Shown: one piece after another, positions 1 to 11,363 of the stretch
Position numbering within the stretch: position 1 is the first letter of the stretch
Layout: every line of letters starts with the position of its first letter
Program-made: the position numbers and the translations under genes
The notes under the pieces: model-generated
The model's input: the letters and a program-made list of their open reading frames with translations, nothing else
What the model was told of the DNA's origin: nothing
Databases searched by the model: none
NCBI GenBank assembly: GCA_963783385.1
Contig: CAWANJ010000001.1
Location: 717,154 to 781,153, forward strand
Length of the DNA: 64,000 nt
Direction: 5' to 3'
From: an uncultured Gemmatimonadales bacterium
Lineage (GTDB): Bacteria; Gemmatimonadota; Gemmatimonadetes; Palauibacterales; Palauibacteraceae

Positions 1-1557
1 ACCAGGTAGCCGCGCTCCGCCAGGAGCTGCGGCAGGATGGAGAAGCGCGCCGTGGACGCGCCCTCCGGGCCGCCGTGGATCACGAGGACCAGGGGTAGCT
101 TCGTCCCCTTCCGGTAGTCGGGCGGATAGGTGAGGACGCCGTCCTCGTGGAAGCCGCCCGGGCCCGTCCACGCCACCGTGTCCACGCGCCCCAGGTGCAG
201 GGAGTCGAGGAAGGCGTTGAAATGCGTGAGCTGCCTGGGCTTCGCGTCCGGGGAGGCCAGGTAGTAGAGCTGGCCCGGCTGGTCGGACGTCGCGCCGACG
301 AAGGCCACGGCGCCCCCGTCCGAGACGCTCATCCCGCGAGTGGGCTGCACGTCGCCCAGGTCGAGGACCCGGGCCGGCCCGTCGGCCGGCTTCTCCCACA
401 GGGCCGAGCGACCGCCGAGCGCGCCGGCCAGCAGGAAGGACTTACCGTCGGGGAGCCACTCGAAGCCCCCGATATCACGGGCCATGTCCGCCGTCACGTC
501 GCGCACCCGCCCGTCGCGCAGCACGTACACGGCGTTGCCGTTGTTCATGTCGCCGCCGCGGTCGCGGCTGGAAGGCGAGCGCGCCCCCCTTGGGGGCGAA
601 CTTCGGCCCTCCGGCGCCCTCGCCGGCCAGCAGCGTGTCGCCGGTCGTGCCGATGCGGACGGCGGCCGTGTCGGGCACCCCCACCGCCAGGGAGACCGCT
701 CCGCCCGACGAGTCGGCCGCCACCGTGTCCACCCGGATCAGGGTCGAGCGGTAGGCGTTCCCGAACCACACGCCGGGATGGCGGACGACCAGGATCGACG
801 CGCCGTCCGGGCTCCAGGCGGGCGGGGCCGCCCCGCCCGGCACCGTCTGCAGGCTCCAGCTCCCCGAGGTGAGGCGCTTCGCCTTCCCGCCGTCGGCCGG
901 GATCATCCACAGGTGCCAGGGCTGGACGGCCTTGCGCACCTGGTAGTTGTTGAGGGTGACCTGGAAGGCGTCCTCGTGGTGCTTGATGGCCTTGGGGTCG
1001 GGGACCGTGTCCTGGGCGATGTAGGCGATCGAGCGACCGTCGGGGCTCCACGAGTAGGAGGAGATGCCGGTCTTCGAGTCGGTGAGCCGCATGGGGTCGC
1101 CGCCGTCCATGTGCAGCACCCACACCTGCGACTCCTTGGTGGCCGTGTCCCGCGCCACGAAGGCCAGGCGGTCCCCGGAGGGCGACCAGCGCGGCGAGGA
1201 CACGCCATTGCGCCGGTAGGTGAGCGGCCGCATGGAGCCGCTGGCCACGTCGACCAGGTCCAGCTCGCGGCGCGACTTGTCCTTCTCCCAGTCCTGGCGG
1301 CTCACCAGCACCGCGATCTTCTTCCCGTCCGGGCTGATCTCCGGGCTCCCCACCTGCACCAGCCGGCGCACGTCGGTGAGCCGGAAGGTGGTGTGCGGAC
1401 CCGCCGTGTCGGCCGCGGCCGCCGTGTCGACGGGCACGCGGGCGGCGGGGGGCCGCGCCACGGACCGGGACGCGGGGCCCGCCGCGCCCGGCCCGGCGGG
1501 CGCGTGCGGGGACAGGGCCAGGACGAGGGCGAGCGCGGACAGGCTGGCGACGTTCAT
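1..1557 (-). CDS. S9 (prolyl oligopeptidase/acylaminoacyl peptidase) family protein; runs off the window start; apparent frameshift near 545
   Basis: Signal peptide, repeated WSPDG beta-propeller motifs; IHGGP motif in another minus-strand frame near 60-90. Confidence 0.8.
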
Positions 1558-1800
1558 GCTTCCTCCCTGGTTCCGCGGCCGGCTCCAGGCATTCCGTCTT
1601 CCCGCGGTCGAAGACCGGCCCAACGTCGCGCGCCGGCGGGAGGTCGGTCAAGTCCCGGCGCCGCGACGTGGCTCGTTTCGCGACTCCCGGGTATGTTCGG
1701 GGAAGCTTCGCCCCGGCCGGGCGCGCCGACCGGCGCCCGCGCCCGGGGCGCCGACGAGACAGCGATCGCGATCCACCCGGAAAGGCGACCTCTCCAGTCC

Positions 1801-3657
1801 ATGCAGACCAGCCCCGACGGCCCGTACCGCGAGGAGGACGCGCTCGGAAAGGCGTACGACGCCCGCCTCATGCGCCGCTTGCTGGCCTACGTGGGCCCCT
1901 ACCGGAGGCAGGTGGTGGCGGCCGTCGGCATGCTGATCGCCGCCTCGGGGCTGGAGCTGGTGGGCCCGGGGATCACCAAGTTCGCCATCGACAACGCCTT
2001 CCCGAACCAGGACACCTCGCTCCTGGCCCTGCTGGCCGGCGCCTACGTGCTGTCGCTCGTCCTGTCCGCGGGGCTCTCCTACGCCAACACGATCCTCACC
2101 ACGTGGATCGGCCAGTCCGTCATGAAGGACCTGCGGGGCGAGATCTTCTCGCACCTGCAGGGCCTGGACACCGCCTACTTCGACCGGAACCCGGTGGGGC
2201 GGCTGATGACCCGGGTGACCAGCGACGTCGAGGTGCTGAACGAGATGTTCACCTCGGGCGTGGTGACCATCTTCGGCGACGTGTTCACGCTGGTGTTCAT
2301 CATGGCCGCCATGCTGATCATGGACTGGCGGCTGGCCCTGGTCACCTTCACCGTGCTGCCGCTGGTGACCGTGGCCGCGTGGCTGTTCCGGGTGCGCGTG
2401 CGCCAGGCCTACCGCGACATCCGCGTGCGGCTGGCCCGCATCAACGCCTTCCTGCAGGAGCGGATCAGCGGCATGTCCGTGGTCCAGCTGTTCCGGCAGG
2501 AGGCGCCCACCACGGACCGGTTCCGCGACATCAACGACGACTACCTGGAGGCGCACCTCCGGTCGATCACCTACTACGCCCTGTTCTTCCCGGTCGTCTC
2601 CTTCCTGTCCTCGCTGGCCCTGGCCCTGATCATCTGGTACGGCGGGAGCGCGGCCCTCAGGGGCGCGGTCACGCTGGGGACGATCGCCGCCTTCCTGCAG
2701 TACGCGCAGCGCTTCTTCCGGCCCATCCAGGACCTGTCGGAGAAGTACAACGTCCTGCAGGGGGCGATGGCCAGCTCGGAGCGCATCTTCCGCCTCCTGG
2801 ACGAGGAGCCGACGATCCGCGAGCCACGGGCCCCGGCGGCCCTCCCCACGCCGGTGCGCGGGCGGATCGCGTTCGAGGACGTGTGGTTCCGCTACCTGGA
2901 GCCGGACGAGGCCACGCCCCCCACGCCGGCCGCGCTCGAGGGCGAGGGGCCGCGGCGCCAGTGGGTGCTGGAGGGCGTCGACTTCACGGTCGAGCCCGGC
3001 CAGCGGGTGGCCATCGTGGGCCCCACCGGGGAGGGGAAGACCACGATCATCAACCTCCTGATGCGATTCTACGAGCCGCAGAAGGGCCGGATCACCCTGG
3101 ACGGGGTGGACGTGCGGGACATCCCGCTGGCCACGCTGCGCTCCCAGATGGGGCTCGTGCTCCAGGACATCTACCTGTTCTCGGGCTCGGCCGCGCACAA
3201 CGTGCGGCTGGACCGCCCCGAGGTGACCGAGGAGCGCATGGAGGAGGCCGCCCGCCGCGTGGGCGTGAACCGGCACGTCGAGCGACTCGAGGGGGGGTGG
3301 GACCGGCCGCTGGGCGAGCGCGGCAGCCACCTGAGCGTGGGCGAGCGCCAGCTCCTGAGCTTCGCGCGCGCCCTGGCCGGGGACCCGCCCATCCTCCTGC
3401 TGGACGAGGCGACCAGCTCGGTGGACTCGGAGATCGAGGCCCAGATCGAGGCGGCCCTCGAGGAGCTCATGGCGGACCGCACCAGCCTGGTGGTGGCGCA
3501 CCGCCTGTCCACGATCCGGCACGCCGACGCCATCCTGGTCCTGCACCACGGGAAGATCCGCGAGGCCGGGACGCACGAGGAGCTCCTGGAGCGGGGCGGC
3601 CTATACGCCCGTCTGCACCGGCTGCAGTTCGCCTCGGCGCAGACCACTGCCGCGTAG
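1801..3657 (+). CDS. ABC transporter, fused permease/ATP-binding (MsbA/MdlB-like)
   Basis: TM domain, Walker A GPTGEGKT, LSVGERQ signature, LLLDEATS Walker B. Confidence 0.93.
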   Translation: MQTSPDGPYREEDALGKAYDARLMRRLLAYVGPYRRQVVAAVGMLIAASGLELVGPGITKFAIDNAFPNQDTSLLALLAGAYVLSLVLSAGLSYANTILTTWIGQSVMKDLRGEIFSHLQGLDTAYFDRNPVGRLMTRVTSDVEVLNEMFTSGVVTIFGDVFTLVFIMAAMLIMDWRLALVTFTVLPLVTVAAWLFRVRVRQAYRDIRVRLARINAFLQERISGMSVVQLFRQEAPTTDRFRDINDDYLEAHLRSITYYALFFPVVSFLSSLALALIIWYGGSAALRGAVTLGTIAAFLQYAQRFFRPIQDLSEKYNVLQGAMASSERIFRLLDEEPTIREPRAPAALPTPVRGRIAFEDVWFRYLEPDEATPPTPAALEGEGPRRQWVLEGVDFTVEPGQRVAIVGPTGEGKTTIINLLMRFYEPQKGRITLDGVDVRDIPLATLRSQMGLVLQDIYLFSGSAAHNVRLDRPEVTEERMEEAARRVGVNRHVERLEGGWDRPLGERGSHLSVGERQLLSFARALAGDPPILLLDEATSSVDSEIEAQIEAALEELMADRTSLVVAHRLSTIRHADAILVLHHGKIREAGTHEELLERGGLYARLHRLQFASAQTTAA

Positions 3658-3665
3658 GGGGAGGC

Positions 3666-3935
3666 GTGAACCCCGTCGCCGTCGCCGCCCGCATCGACAC
3701 CCGCTGGCTCCTGGTCCTCCTGGTCGTGGTGCTGGACGTGTGGTCCGCCGGCCTCGCGCTGCGCTCCCGCGCCTCCCGGCGCGAGCGCCTCCTGTGGGCC
3801 GCGGTCATCGTGCTGTGCCCGATCATCGGGCTGATGATCTGGTTCGTGCTGGGACCCAAGCCGCTGCTGGTGCCCGGGCGGCAGGGTGGCGACGGGAGCT
3901 GGCCCCGGCGCGAGGACGACGACGCGGGCGACTGA
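3666..3935 (+). CDS. Small membrane protein (PLDc_N-like)
   Basis: GTG after GGAGG; two TM segments, LLWAAVIVLCPIIGLMIWFVLG motif. Confidence 0.7.
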   Translation: MNPVAVAARIDTRWLLVLLVVVLDVWSAGLALRSRASRRERLLWAAVIVLCPIIGLMIWFVLGPKPLLVPGRQGGDGSWPRREDDDAGD

Positions 3936-3982
3936 CGGAGGGGCGGCGGGCTGACGGAGGGCGGCGGCCCAGCGGCCGGCCC

Positions 3983-5362
3983 TCAGCCCCCGCCGCGCTC
4001 CACGAGCCGCTCGATGAGGTCCGCCGTGCGCTCGGCCGCCCCCCGCCCTTCCTCGACGTAGGACCGCGCGGCGGCGCCGTGCCGTGCGCGCTCCGCCCCG
4101 TCCGACAGGAGTCGCGCCAGCACCTCCGCCGCCGTCGAGGGGCCGACCTCGAGCGCCCCGCCCCGCTCCAGGAGGTCGGCAGCCTCGCGGCGCGCGTGCC
4201 GGCGCCCGAACAGCACCGGGATCCCGGCGGCGGCCGGCTCGACCACCGAGTGGAGCCCGTCCGTTCCGAGCCCGCCCCCCACGTAGGCCAGGTCCGCGAA
4301 CGCGTACAGCCCGGCCAGGAGGCCGACCCGGTCGATCACGAGGGGGGTGAGCGCCCGACCCGCATCGTTCGCGGGGTCGCCGTCCGCCGCCGGCCCGGCC
4401 TCGGACCAGAGCCGCGGCCGCACGCCCAGGATCCGTAGGCTGGCCTCCGACACGCGCTCGAGGGCGGCGCGGTCGGGCTCGTGCGGGACCAGGACGAGGG
4501 CCACCGGCCGCCCGGCCGCCCGGGCCGCGGCCACCGCCGAGAGGAGGAGGGCCTCGTCGCGCGGCCACGTCGAGCCGCCCACGAGCACCGGGACGCGACC
4601 ATCGGTCGCCTCCGCCCGACCCTCGAGCCCCAGCGCCGCCGGCAGGCGCGACGCCTCCGAGCCGGGCTCGCGGGCCTCGCGCACCCGGGCCGCGGCCCGA
4701 TCGAAGGCGGCATCCCCCGTGACCACCACCGCCCCGGGCCGGGCGCCGAGGAGGCGGAGGCGCGCGGCGTCCTCCTCGGACACGGCGCCGGCCAGGTCGA
4801 GGCGGGCGTAGGTGCCGGCCAGGAGCTGGACCGCCGGCCAGTGGAGGCGGGAGCTGCGCGGGCCGACCGTCCCGTTCACGAGGCCGAGGGGCACGCCCCG
4901 GACCGACGCCGAGGCCACCAGCCCGGGCCACAGGTCCGCCTTGGCGAACACGAGGGCCGACGGACGCACGGCGTCCAGGGCGCGGCCCGTCTCGCGCAGC
5001 GTGTCGAGCGGGAGGGCCCCGGACCCGTCGGGCGACAGGGCGGGCACGGCCGCCTCGGCCGAGGGGGAGAACCAGGTGACGACGAGCTGGAGGTCGAGCC
5101 GCTCGCGGAGGCGCTCGACGGCGGGCACGGCCCCGAGGAGCTCGCCCGCCGACGCGCCATGCAGCCACACGGCCGGACGGGTCGGGTCGCGGCCGGCCGC
5201 CGCCCACGCCTCGAGCCGGGCCACGGCGCCGCGGCGGGCCGCCACGCCCCGGGCCCGCTTGGGGGAGCCGAGGCCGGCCAGGGGGAGGAGGGGCCGTGAC
5301 GCCTCCACGGCCAGGCTCCAGGCGCGGATCCCGAGGCCGGGCTTCACGCGGCCGGGCGTCAC
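3983..5362 (-). CDS. waaA: 3-deoxy-D-manno-octulosonic acid (Kdo) transferase
   Basis: WLHGASAGE, GSTWPRDE, LVPHEP and AYVGGG...HSVVEPAA motifs. Confidence 0.9.
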   Translation of the reverse strand: MTPGRVKPGLGIRAWSLAVEASRPLLPLAGLGSPKRARGVAARRGAVARLEAWAAAGRDPTRPAVWLHGASAGELLGAVPAVERLRERLDLQLVVTWFSPSAEAAVPALSPDGSGALPLDTLRETGRALDAVRPSALVFAKADLWPGLVASASVRGVPLGLVNGTVGPRSSRLHWPAVQLLAGTYARLDLAGAVSEEDAARLRLLGARPGAVVVTGDAAFDRAAARVREAREPGSEASRLPAALGLEGRAEATDGRVPVLVGGSTWPRDEALLLSAVAAARAAGRPVALVLVPHEPDRAALERVSEASLRILGVRPRLWSEAGPAADGDPANDAGRALTPLVIDRVGLLAGLYAFADLAYVGGGLGTDGLHSVVEPAAAGIPVLFGRRHARREAADLLERGGALEVGPSTAAEVLARLLSDGAERARHGAAARSYVEEGRGAAERTADLIERLVERGGG

Positions 5363-5424
5363 GCGGCGCCTCCCGCGGCCGGCGGGTCTGGCTCGCGGCG
5401 CCGGCCCGTCCCCATCTTGGGGCC

Positions 5425-6486
5425 ATGCGCTTCCTGGGCAACAAGACCCGCCTCCTCCCCTTCCTGCTGGACAGCGTCGAGGCGCTCGGCATCGAGCCGG
5501 GCGTGGCCTGCGACCCGTTCGCGGGAACGGCGAGCGTGGCGCGCGCGCTCAAGCAGCGCGGCTGGCGGGTGCACGCCGGCGACCTGCTGGCCTGCTCCTA
5601 CGCGCTCCAGGTGGCGCGCGTCGAGCTGGACCGCACGCCCGGGTTCCGGGTGCCGGCCCGCCTGTCCTACGCGGCCCTCCTCGAGCGGCTCGAGGACCTG
5701 GAGCCCCGGCACGGCTTCGTGACCGAGCACTACACGACGGCCGGGGAGGCCGGGGCGCGGCACGGGCGCATGTACTTCACCCCCGAGAACGCGCGCCGCA
5801 TCGACGCGGTGCGGGAGAGGGTCGCGGCCTGGAGCGCGGCCGGGCACCTGGACGAGGCGCGCGAGCAGCTCCTGCTGGCGACCCTGATCGAGGCGGCCGA
5901 CCGGGTGGCCAACACGACGGGCGTATACGCCTCCTTCGTGAAGACCCTGCAGCCCAACGCCGTGAAGCCCCTGGAGCTCCGGGCGATCCGGCCGACGCCG
6001 GCGCGGAACGGCTCGGCCGGGTGCACGGCCTCGCGGAGGCCGGCCGCCGACCTGCTGGCCGAGCGCGGGAGCGTGGACCTGGTCTACCTGGACCCTCCCT
6101 ACAACGAGCGCCAGTACCCCGCCTACTACCACATTCCCGAGCTGCTGGCGGAGGGGTGGGGGGAGGAGCCGGAGCTGCGCGGCAAGACGGGGCTCATCCC
6201 GGACGAGGACCGGCGCTCGGACTGGTGCCGGCGCCGGGAGTGCGAGGACGCGCTGCGGACGCTGCTGGAGGCGGCGGACACCCGGCATCTCCTCCTCAGC
6301 TACAACGACGAGGGGCTCCTGGAGTCGGGGCGTATCGAGGCGGCGCTGCGGGCGTGGGGGGATCCGGACAGCTACGACTGCCTGGAGCGGCCCTACCGCC
6401 GCTACCGGAGCGATGGGGACGGGCCCAACCGGCGCTATACCCGCGACCGGGTGCGCGAGCGGCTCCACTACGTGCGGGGGCGCTGA
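5425..6486 (+). CDS. DNA adenine methyltransferase (D12/Dam-like class), orphan
   Basis: MRFLGNK start, DPFAGTASV SAM-binding motif, YLDPPY catalytic motif. Confidence 0.88.
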   Translation: MRFLGNKTRLLPFLLDSVEALGIEPGVACDPFAGTASVARALKQRGWRVHAGDLLACSYALQVARVELDRTPGFRVPARLSYAALLERLEDLEPRHGFVTEHYTTAGEAGARHGRMYFTPENARRIDAVRERVAAWSAAGHLDEAREQLLLATLIEAADRVANTTGVYASFVKTLQPNAVKPLELRAIRPTPARNGSAGCTASRRPAADLLAERGSVDLVYLDPPYNERQYPAYYHIPELLAEGWGEEPELRGKTGLIPDEDRRSDWCRRRECEDALRTLLEAADTRHLLLSYNDEGLLESGRIEAALRAWGDPDSYDCLERPYRRYRSDGDGPNRRYTRDRVRERLHYVRGR

Positions 6487-6501
6487 GCACGCACCGCGGC
6501 G

Positions 6502-6849
6502 CTACGCCCCGTCCGGACCCTCCTCCGGGTCGGGGCCCCCGTCGAACTCCTCGAGGCCCGACTCCAGCTCCTCGAACAGCTCCCGGTCGCGCTCGAGCGC
6601 CTCGCGCACGATGCGGCGGGACTCGCGCTCGACCGGGTCCTCGATGGGGAGGAGGCGCTCGGTGAAGCGGACCTCGTAGTCGAACAGCAGGCGGCGCAGG
6701 TCGCCCAGCCGCCCCAGGAGAAGGGGCGTGGCCTTCGTGAGCCGCCCCTCCCGCTCCAGCCGCTGCACCAGCTCCGCGAAGCCGAGCAGGGCCCGGCGGA
6801 CCCGGCTCTCCTCCGGCTGCGCTTCGTGCTCGATCTCGTCGTCCCTCAC
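6502..6849 (-). CDS. Hypothetical protein
   Basis: 115-aa acidic helical ORF with host-like codon usage, downstream of infC. Confidence 0.6.
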   Translation of the reverse strand: MRDDEIEHEAQPEESRVRRALLGFAELVQRLEREGRLTKATPLLLGRLGDLRRLLFDYEVRFTERLLPIEDPVERESRRIVREALERDRELFEELESGLEEFDGGPDPEEGPDGA

Positions 6850-6889
6850 GGCGTCCTCCGGGCCGGGCGCTGCGCCCGGCCTCCCCGTT

Positions 6890-7408
6890 CTACACTTCCC
6901 ACCCCTGCGGGACCAGCATCATGGTCATGTTGCGGCCCTCGAGCCCCGAGCGGGACTGGACCTGGGCGATGTCGCCGAGCTGTTCCGTGATGCGGTCCAG
7001 GAGCTCGATGCCCAGCTCCGGCCTGCGCAGCTCGCGGTACCGGAACATGATCGTGACTTTGACCTTGTTGCCCTGCTCGATGAACTCGCGGGCATGGCGC
7101 GTCTTGAAGTCGAAGTCGTGGTCCTCGATCTTGGGTCGGAACTTGACTTCCTTGACCTCGACCGTGTGCTGGTGCTTCTTGGCCTCCTTCTCGGCCTTGG
7201 CCTGCTCGTACTTGAACCGTCCGTAGTCCATCAGACGGACCACCGGCGGCCTCGCGTTGGGCGCCACCTCCACCATGTCCAGGTTCCGGTCCGCGGCCAG
7301 CTCTCTCGCCTCGTCCAGGGAGACCACCCCGACCTGCTCCCCTTCCTCGTCCACCAGCCGCACCGGGCTCACCCGGATGTCTTCGTTCACTCTGTGCTCG
7401 TTAGTGAT
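6890..7408 (-). CDS. infC: Translation initiation factor IF-3, probable ATC start
   Basis: VNEDIR...VRL, PPVVRLMDYGRFKY, KEVKFRPKI motifs; GGAGG 7 nt before in-frame ATC at 7408-7406. Confidence 0.93.
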   Translation of the reverse strand: MTNEHRVNEDIRVSPVRLVDEEGEQVGVVSLDEARELAADRNLDMVEVAPNARPPVVRLMDYGRFKYEQAKAEKEAKKHQHTVEVKEVKFRPKIEDHDFDFKTRHAREFIEQGNKVKVTIMFRYRELRRPELGIELLDRITEQLGDIAQVQSRSGLEGRNMTMMLVPQGWEV

Positions 7409-7476
7409 GCTCCAACCTCCTTCTCGGGTACACGGTCACGTCACGATAGGGACGCCGCGGGGCGGAAGGCCCCGGA

Positions 7477-7803
7477 TCAGGCGTCCACGTCCTCCGGCTC
7501 CAGGAACGACACGTCCGGCGTCTGGAGCGCCCCGGCCATGAAGCCGAGCGCCAGGATGGCCACGCCGAACACGAGCAGGTTCCAGGGCCGACGCGCCCAG
7601 TCGATGCCGGACGACAGGGCCAGCCACCCGCCGGCCACCACCAGGAGCGACGGCCCCCAGCCGGCCAGGGTAAGCAAGCCGCAGGCCGCCGCGGCCAATC
7701 CCCCGGCCAGCGGCACCCAGGCGGGCGCGTACGAGTACAGGCCCGCCACCACGAGGGCCGCCCCGATCACGCTCGCGGCGTACCCGAAGCCGTCACGACT
7801 CAT
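7477..7803 (-). CDS. Hypothetical membrane protein
   Basis: 108-aa hydrophobic ORF with GGAGG-like RBS. Confidence 0.6.
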   Translation of the reverse strand: MSRDGFGYAASVIGAALVVAGLYSYAPAWVPLAGGLAAAACGLLTLAGWGPSLLVVAGGWLALSSGIDWARRPWNLLVFGVAILALGFMAGALQTPDVSFLEPEDVDA

Positions 7804-7906
7804 CCGATGCCTCTCCGCGTATGTGCGGGGACGCCGCTTGCCGCGCGTCGCCCTTTCGCTTCACTTGCTCGCTGGAAACCCCAACGATTCGGATTCAGAA
7901 AGATAG

Positions 7907-8200
7907 ATGACAGAGGCCGATCGAATCCAGTGCGCGCGCTGCGGACGCGAGGACGCGCCCGCCCTTCCCTCGCCTCCGTTCCGGAACGAGCTGGGGGGCC
8001 GCATCCAGCGGGAGATCTGCCGGACCTGCTGGGAGGAGTGGAAGCAGCGCCAGATGCTGCTCATCAACCACTACGGCCTCAACCTGCAGGAGCCCGACGC
8101 GCGCGAGTTCCTGCTCGTCAACCTGCGCTCGTTCCTGTTCGGCGAGGGCCCCGACGGCGCCCCCATCGACAGCTCGAAGGAGGGCGACGTCTCCTGGTAG
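7907..8200 (+). CDS. yggX: Fe(II)-trafficking/oxidative damage protection protein
   Basis: PPFRNELGGRI...CWEEW...QMLLINHYGLN...REFL pattern. Confidence 0.85.
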   Translation: MTEADRIQCARCGREDAPALPSPPFRNELGGRIQREICRTCWEEWKQRQMLLINHYGLNLQEPDAREFLLVNLRSFLFGEGPDGAPIDSSKEGDVSW

Positions 8201-8209
8201 CGCGCCGGC

Positions 8210-10800
8210 TCACCCTTCTACCACCAGGTTGAGCAGACGGTCCGGCACATGCACCACGTGCCGGATGGCGGCGCCCTCCACGTGGCGGCGGACGTTGTCG
8301 TCCCGCAGGGCCGCCTCGCGCACCGCCTCCTGGCTGGCCCCCCGCTCCACCCGCACCGTGCCCCGCACCTTGCCGTTCACCTGCACCGGGATCTCGACCT
8401 CGTCGGCGTGCAGCTTGTCCGGGTCGTAGGCGGGCCACACCTCGCGGGCCCGCTCGCCGCCGCTCGGGCGCGAGGCGAGCAGCCGCTCCCCGTCCCCGGC
8501 CTTCTCCCATAGCTCCTCGGCCAGGTGCGGCACCACGGGTGCGGCCATGACGAGGAGGGGACGCACCTCGTCCAGGGTGGGCGTGCGGCCGCCGGCGCGC
8601 AGCTCGTTGAGGCACTCCATGAGGGCGGCGATGGCCGTGTTGTAGGAGAGGCGCTCGAAGTCGTCGGTGACCTGCCGGATGGTGCGGTGCACCTTGCGCT
8701 CGACCGCCTCGTCCGGGAAGCCCTCCGCCCCCGCCCCGACCGCCTCGTGCACGCTGTCCCACAGGCGGGCCAGGAAGCGCTCGATCCCCACGATCCCCTC
8801 GTCGCGGAAGTCGCCCCCCTCCTGGTAGGGACCCAGGAACATCAGGTAGGCGCGGAACACGTCCGCCCCGTGCCGGTCCATGTAGGCGTCGGGCACGACC
8901 ACGTTGCCGCGCGACTTGGACATTTTGGCCCCGTCCTTGATGAGGAGGCCGTGCTTCCGGAAGCGCTGGTAGGGCTCCTCGAAGCCCACGTGTCCCGTGT
9001 CGTGGAGCACCATGGTCACGAAGCGCGAGTACAGGAGGTGGAGGACGGCGTGCTCCTCCCCGCCGATGTACATGTCCACCGGGAGCCAGCGCTCCGTGCG
9101 CGCCTCGTCGAAGGGATGGTCGGAGAAGTCCGTGCTCGGGTAGCGCAGGAAGTACCAGGCGCTGTCCAGGAAGGTGTCCGACACGTCCGTCTCCCGACGC
9201 GCCTCCCCGCCGCACTTCGGGCAGCGGGTCCGGTAGAAGGACTCGACCCGCGCCAGGGGCGAGAGGCCCTCGTCGTCGGGGCGGAAGTTCTCCACGTACG
9301 GGAAGCTCGACCGGCAGGTCCTCCTCCGGGACCGGCACCGTCCCGCACGCGTCGCAGTAGACGATCGGGATGGGCGGGCCCCAGTAGCGCTGGCGCGAGA
9401 TGCACCAGTCGTGCAGCCGGTACTGGACGCGGGGCTCGGCCCGCTCCCGGGCCGCCAGCCACTCGATGATGGCCATGGCGCCCTGGCCCGGGCGCAGGCC
9501 GCTGAACTTCCCGGAGTTCACCAGACGCACGTCGCCCGTGTCGGCCAGCGCCTCCTCGCCCGCCTCGAGGTCGACGTGCGCCGGGTCGTCGGCCGACTCG
9601 GCCACCTCGCGCGGGGCGACCACGACCGGGATCGGAAGGCCGAACTGGCGCGCGAACTCGAAGTCGCGCTGGTCGTGGGCGGGCACCGCCATGATGGCGC
9701 CGGTACCGTACTCCATGAGCACGTAGTCGGCGATCCACACCGGCACGTCCTCGGCCGGTGGCCGGGTTTCGGGCCGTGCCGCCCGTGAACACGCCCGTCT
9801 TGGTGCGGTCGGTCTTCCGGCGCTGCACCAGGTCGGTAGCCACCACCTTCTCCCGGTACGCCTCGACCTCGGCGCGGCATTCCTCCGTGGTCAGACGGTC
9901 GACGAGCGGGTGCTCGGGGGCCAGCACCATGAAGCTGGCCCCGAACACGGTGTCCGGCCGTGTCGTGAACACCTCGATGGCGGCGTCATCCGCGCCGGCC
10001 GCACCGCCATGCTCGCGCGCGGCGCCCGGTCCGGCCGCGCCGGCTCCCGACGCCACCTCGGCACGCGTGGGCGGAGGCGAGGTCACCGGGAAGCGCAGCA
10101 GGGCGCCCTCGGAGCGGCCGATCCAGTTCCGCTGGGCCGTCTTGGTGGTCTCCGACCAGTCGATCCAGTCGAGGTCGTCCAGGAGCCGGCCGGCGTACTC
10201 GGTGATCCTGAAGAACCACTGGCTGAGGAACCGCGTGCCGACCGGGGTGCCGCAGCGCTCGCACGCCCCGGCGATCACCTGCTCGTTGGCGAGCACGGTC
10301 TTGCAGGAGGGGCACCAGTTGACCGGCGCCTCCTTCTTCTCGGCCAGCCCCGCCTCGTACAGCTGCAGGAAGATCCACTGCGTCCAGCGGTAGTAGCCGG
10401 GGTCGGTGGTGTCGACCGTGTGGGACCAGTCGTACATGATCCCGGCCCGGTGGAGCTGGCGCGTGAAGTTCCGGATGTTGGACGGGATCAGCTCCATCGG
10501 GTGGGTGTCCACCTTCAGGGCGTAGTTCTCCGAGTGGATCCCGAACGCGTCGAAGCCGATGGGCTGGAACACCTCGTCTCCGCGCAGCCGGCGGTAGCGG
10601 CCGTACAGGTCGGCGCCCGTGAAGGCGTACAGATTGCCGACGTGCAGCCCCTCCGCGGAGGGATAGGGATACATCATCAGGTTGTAGAATGGCCGCTCGG
10701 GCGCGTCGAGGTCGGGCTCGTCGGCCCGCTCCTCGCGCCAGCGCCGCTGCCACTTCTCCTCGATCTTCTGCGGATCGTACATCGATTCCCGTTCGGTCAA
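8210..10800 (-). CDS. leuS: Leucine--tRNA ligase, split over three frames (indels near 9750 and 9300)
   Basis: MYPYPSAEGLHVGN (HIGH-like), FTTRPDT editing motif, DWCISRQRYWG, KMSKS. Confidence 0.95.
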
Positions 10801-10819
10801 GCTTGCCCTGGCCCCGCGC

Positions 10820-11323
10820 TCACGCCGACCGCCGCCGCGAGCTGATCACGCCCGTGTCGAAGCCGGCCATGTGGAGCCCGCCGTGGAAGCGGGCGTGCTC
10901 GATCTTCAAGCACCGGTCCATCACCACCTTCATCCCGGCATCCAGCGCGATCCGGGCCGCCTCGGGGCTCCAGATCCCGAGCTGCAGCCACAACGTGCCC
11001 GCGCCCACCGCGGCCGCCTCGCGGGCCACCTCCGGGCACGCCCCGGCGCGGCGGAACACGTCCACGATGTCCGGAACGACCGGGAGCGCCTCCAGGGACG
11101 GGACCACCTTCCGCCCCAGGACCTCCGTCTCGGCCGGGTTCACGAAATACACCTCGAGGTCCGCCGCGGCCGAGCTGGTCAGGTAGGTGGCCACGAAGTG
11201 GCTGGCCCGCTCGGGCTTCGAGGACACGCCCACCATGGCCACGGTGCGGGCGGCCTGGAGGATGGCCAGCCGCTCGCGCGCGGTGGGCTCCGTCCACCCC
11301 TCGACGGGGGTGTGGGCGATCAT
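10820..11323 (-). CDS. CoA-binding protein (YccU-like)
   Basis: VAMVGVS, DIVDVFR, LWLQLGI, MDRCLKIEH motifs. Confidence 0.88.
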   Translation of the reverse strand: MIAHTPVEGWTEPTARERLAILQAARTVAMVGVSSKPERASHFVATYLTSSAAADLEVYFVNPAETEVLGRKVVPSLEALPVVPDIVDVFRRAGACPEVAREAAAVGAGTLWLQLGIWSPEAARIALDAGMKVVMDRCLKIEHARFHGGLHMAGFDTGVISSRRRSA

Positions 11324-11363
11324 GGTCACGGGCGCGCCTCCGGCGGCCGCACGGCGCGTCCGC

